From contig JAFVTU010000015.1 in the NCBI GenBank assembly GCA_017503075.1, forward strand, positions 36,071-100,070: DNA of 64,000 nt. The letters run 5' to 3'. The notes under the pieces were generated by a model. It worked only from the letters and a program-made list of their open reading frames with translations. It was not told the origin of the DNA and ran no database searches. Shown piece by piece: positions 63,717 to 64,000 of this stretch. The position numbers and the translations under genes are program-made. How positions within the stretch are numbered: the first letter of the stretch is position 1; each line of letters begins with the position of its first letter. The DNA comes from Paludibacteraceae bacterium. GTDB taxonomy: Bacteria > Bacteroidota > Bacteroidia > Bacteroidales > Paludibacteraceae.

Positions 63717-63917
63717 ATATTGGAATCTAAGTGTCCTACGAATTAGGCGAGCACCATAGGATATCTATGGGCTTTCGGTGGCACTTCTGTGGCTGTTTGA
63801 TTTCAGAGCATTTACAACAACACGTGCGGGCTTGCCCGCACGTGTCCTCTAAAACAGTAGTCGCTATGCACCGTTCATTAAACGCTAAACAGTAGCGAAG
63901 CGTCCACTAAACACAAA
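63717..63917. repeat. Word filler with a perfect 10-bp-stem palindrome
   Basis: cacgtgcggg-cttg-cccgcacgtg at 63821-63844. The 23-mer at 63759-63781 is shared with 26903-26925. The 13-mer tagcgaagcgtcc at 63893-63905 is shared with two sites inside the COG0523 CDS. Confidence 0.7.
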
Positions 63918-64000
63918 CTATAATTCTTGTCCTATAACATTGTAAATCTTTCCGTCACGGAGGATAAGGAGTTGACCGTTGCGGAGAATTTTCTTTGCTT
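63918..64000 (-). CDS. 3' end of a gene encoding a T9SS C-terminal sorting domain (partial)
   Basis: My minus-strand translation into the window edge reads ...AKKILRNGQLLILRDGKIYNVIGQEL*, with the stop at 63918-63920. This matches the typical last beta-strands of Por/T9SS CTDs. Confidence 0.45.
   Translation of the reverse strand, partial: AKKILRNGQLLILRDGKIYNVIGQEL

Noticed and set aside
1-64000. tRNA, rRNA or tmRNA genes.
   Set aside because: No stretch with the conserved T-arm (GGTTCGAATCC-like) or anticodon-stem architecture, and no rRNA-like sequence, was noticed in any spacer.

Overview
This 64-kb chromosomal segment has Bacteroidota hallmarks. Most transcription units are preceded by TTTG/TTGC-N19-TAnnTTTG promoters, and lipoprotein signals and T9SS C-terminal sorting tails are present. 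It looks Prevotella/Bacteroides-like, but the taxon is inference only.

Gene content, left to right:
- A partial secreted phosphodiester glycosidase and a PpiD-like chaperone.
- A minus-strand capsule/O-antigen locus (3756-20405). It holds two nucleotide-sugar dehydrogenases, rfbA/C/D, Wzx, Wzy, a GT2, an acetyltransferase, a WbsX-like protein, a GT4, an initiating phosphoglycosyl transferase, and a distal DegT-like/FemAB-like/ATP-grasp/SDR cassette.
- A DUF2723 (GT117-type) membrane glycosyltransferase and a His-rich COG0523 GTPase.
- A phosphoesterase and an orphan ABC-2 permease.
- A Type I R-M operon, hsdM-hsdS-X-hsdR (27052-34335). X is a RAYT-like HUH/Y1 protein with a DprA/SLOG-like C-terminal extension. 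Four copies of a REP-like hairpin lie inside and around it.
- A nucleoside MFS permease, SulP, RlmH, a DjlA-like protein and KdsB.
- A Wzc-like kinase with a (YG)12 tail, two Wza-like exporters and a Gfo/Idh/MocA oxidoreductase.
- PpdK.
- A MenA-like prenyltransferase coupled to a radical SAM enzyme, then ferritin and a TlpA-like thioredoxin.
- EttA, MnmA, a T9SS-secreted GH13 amylase, a small OMP and RsmD.
- A RelA/SpoT homologue lacking the HD and ACT domains, then RecR, a small membrane protein, an HAD-like protein, a GNAT and a partial T9SS cargo.

I saw no rRNA, tRNA, CRISPR array, integrase or prophage.

The most unusual signals are:
1. The HUH/DprA-like gene embedded in the R-M operon, together with its REP-like hairpins.
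2. A window-wide class of 10-11-nt phased doubled-word filler with GC mini-hairpins. It fills the spacers and also sits in frame inside at least five CDSs.
3. An orphan promoter plus terminator that suggests a small RNA.
4. The prenyltransferase/radical-SAM pair.
5. The doubly truncated RSH.

All functional calls rest on motif recognition by eye. No database search was run.
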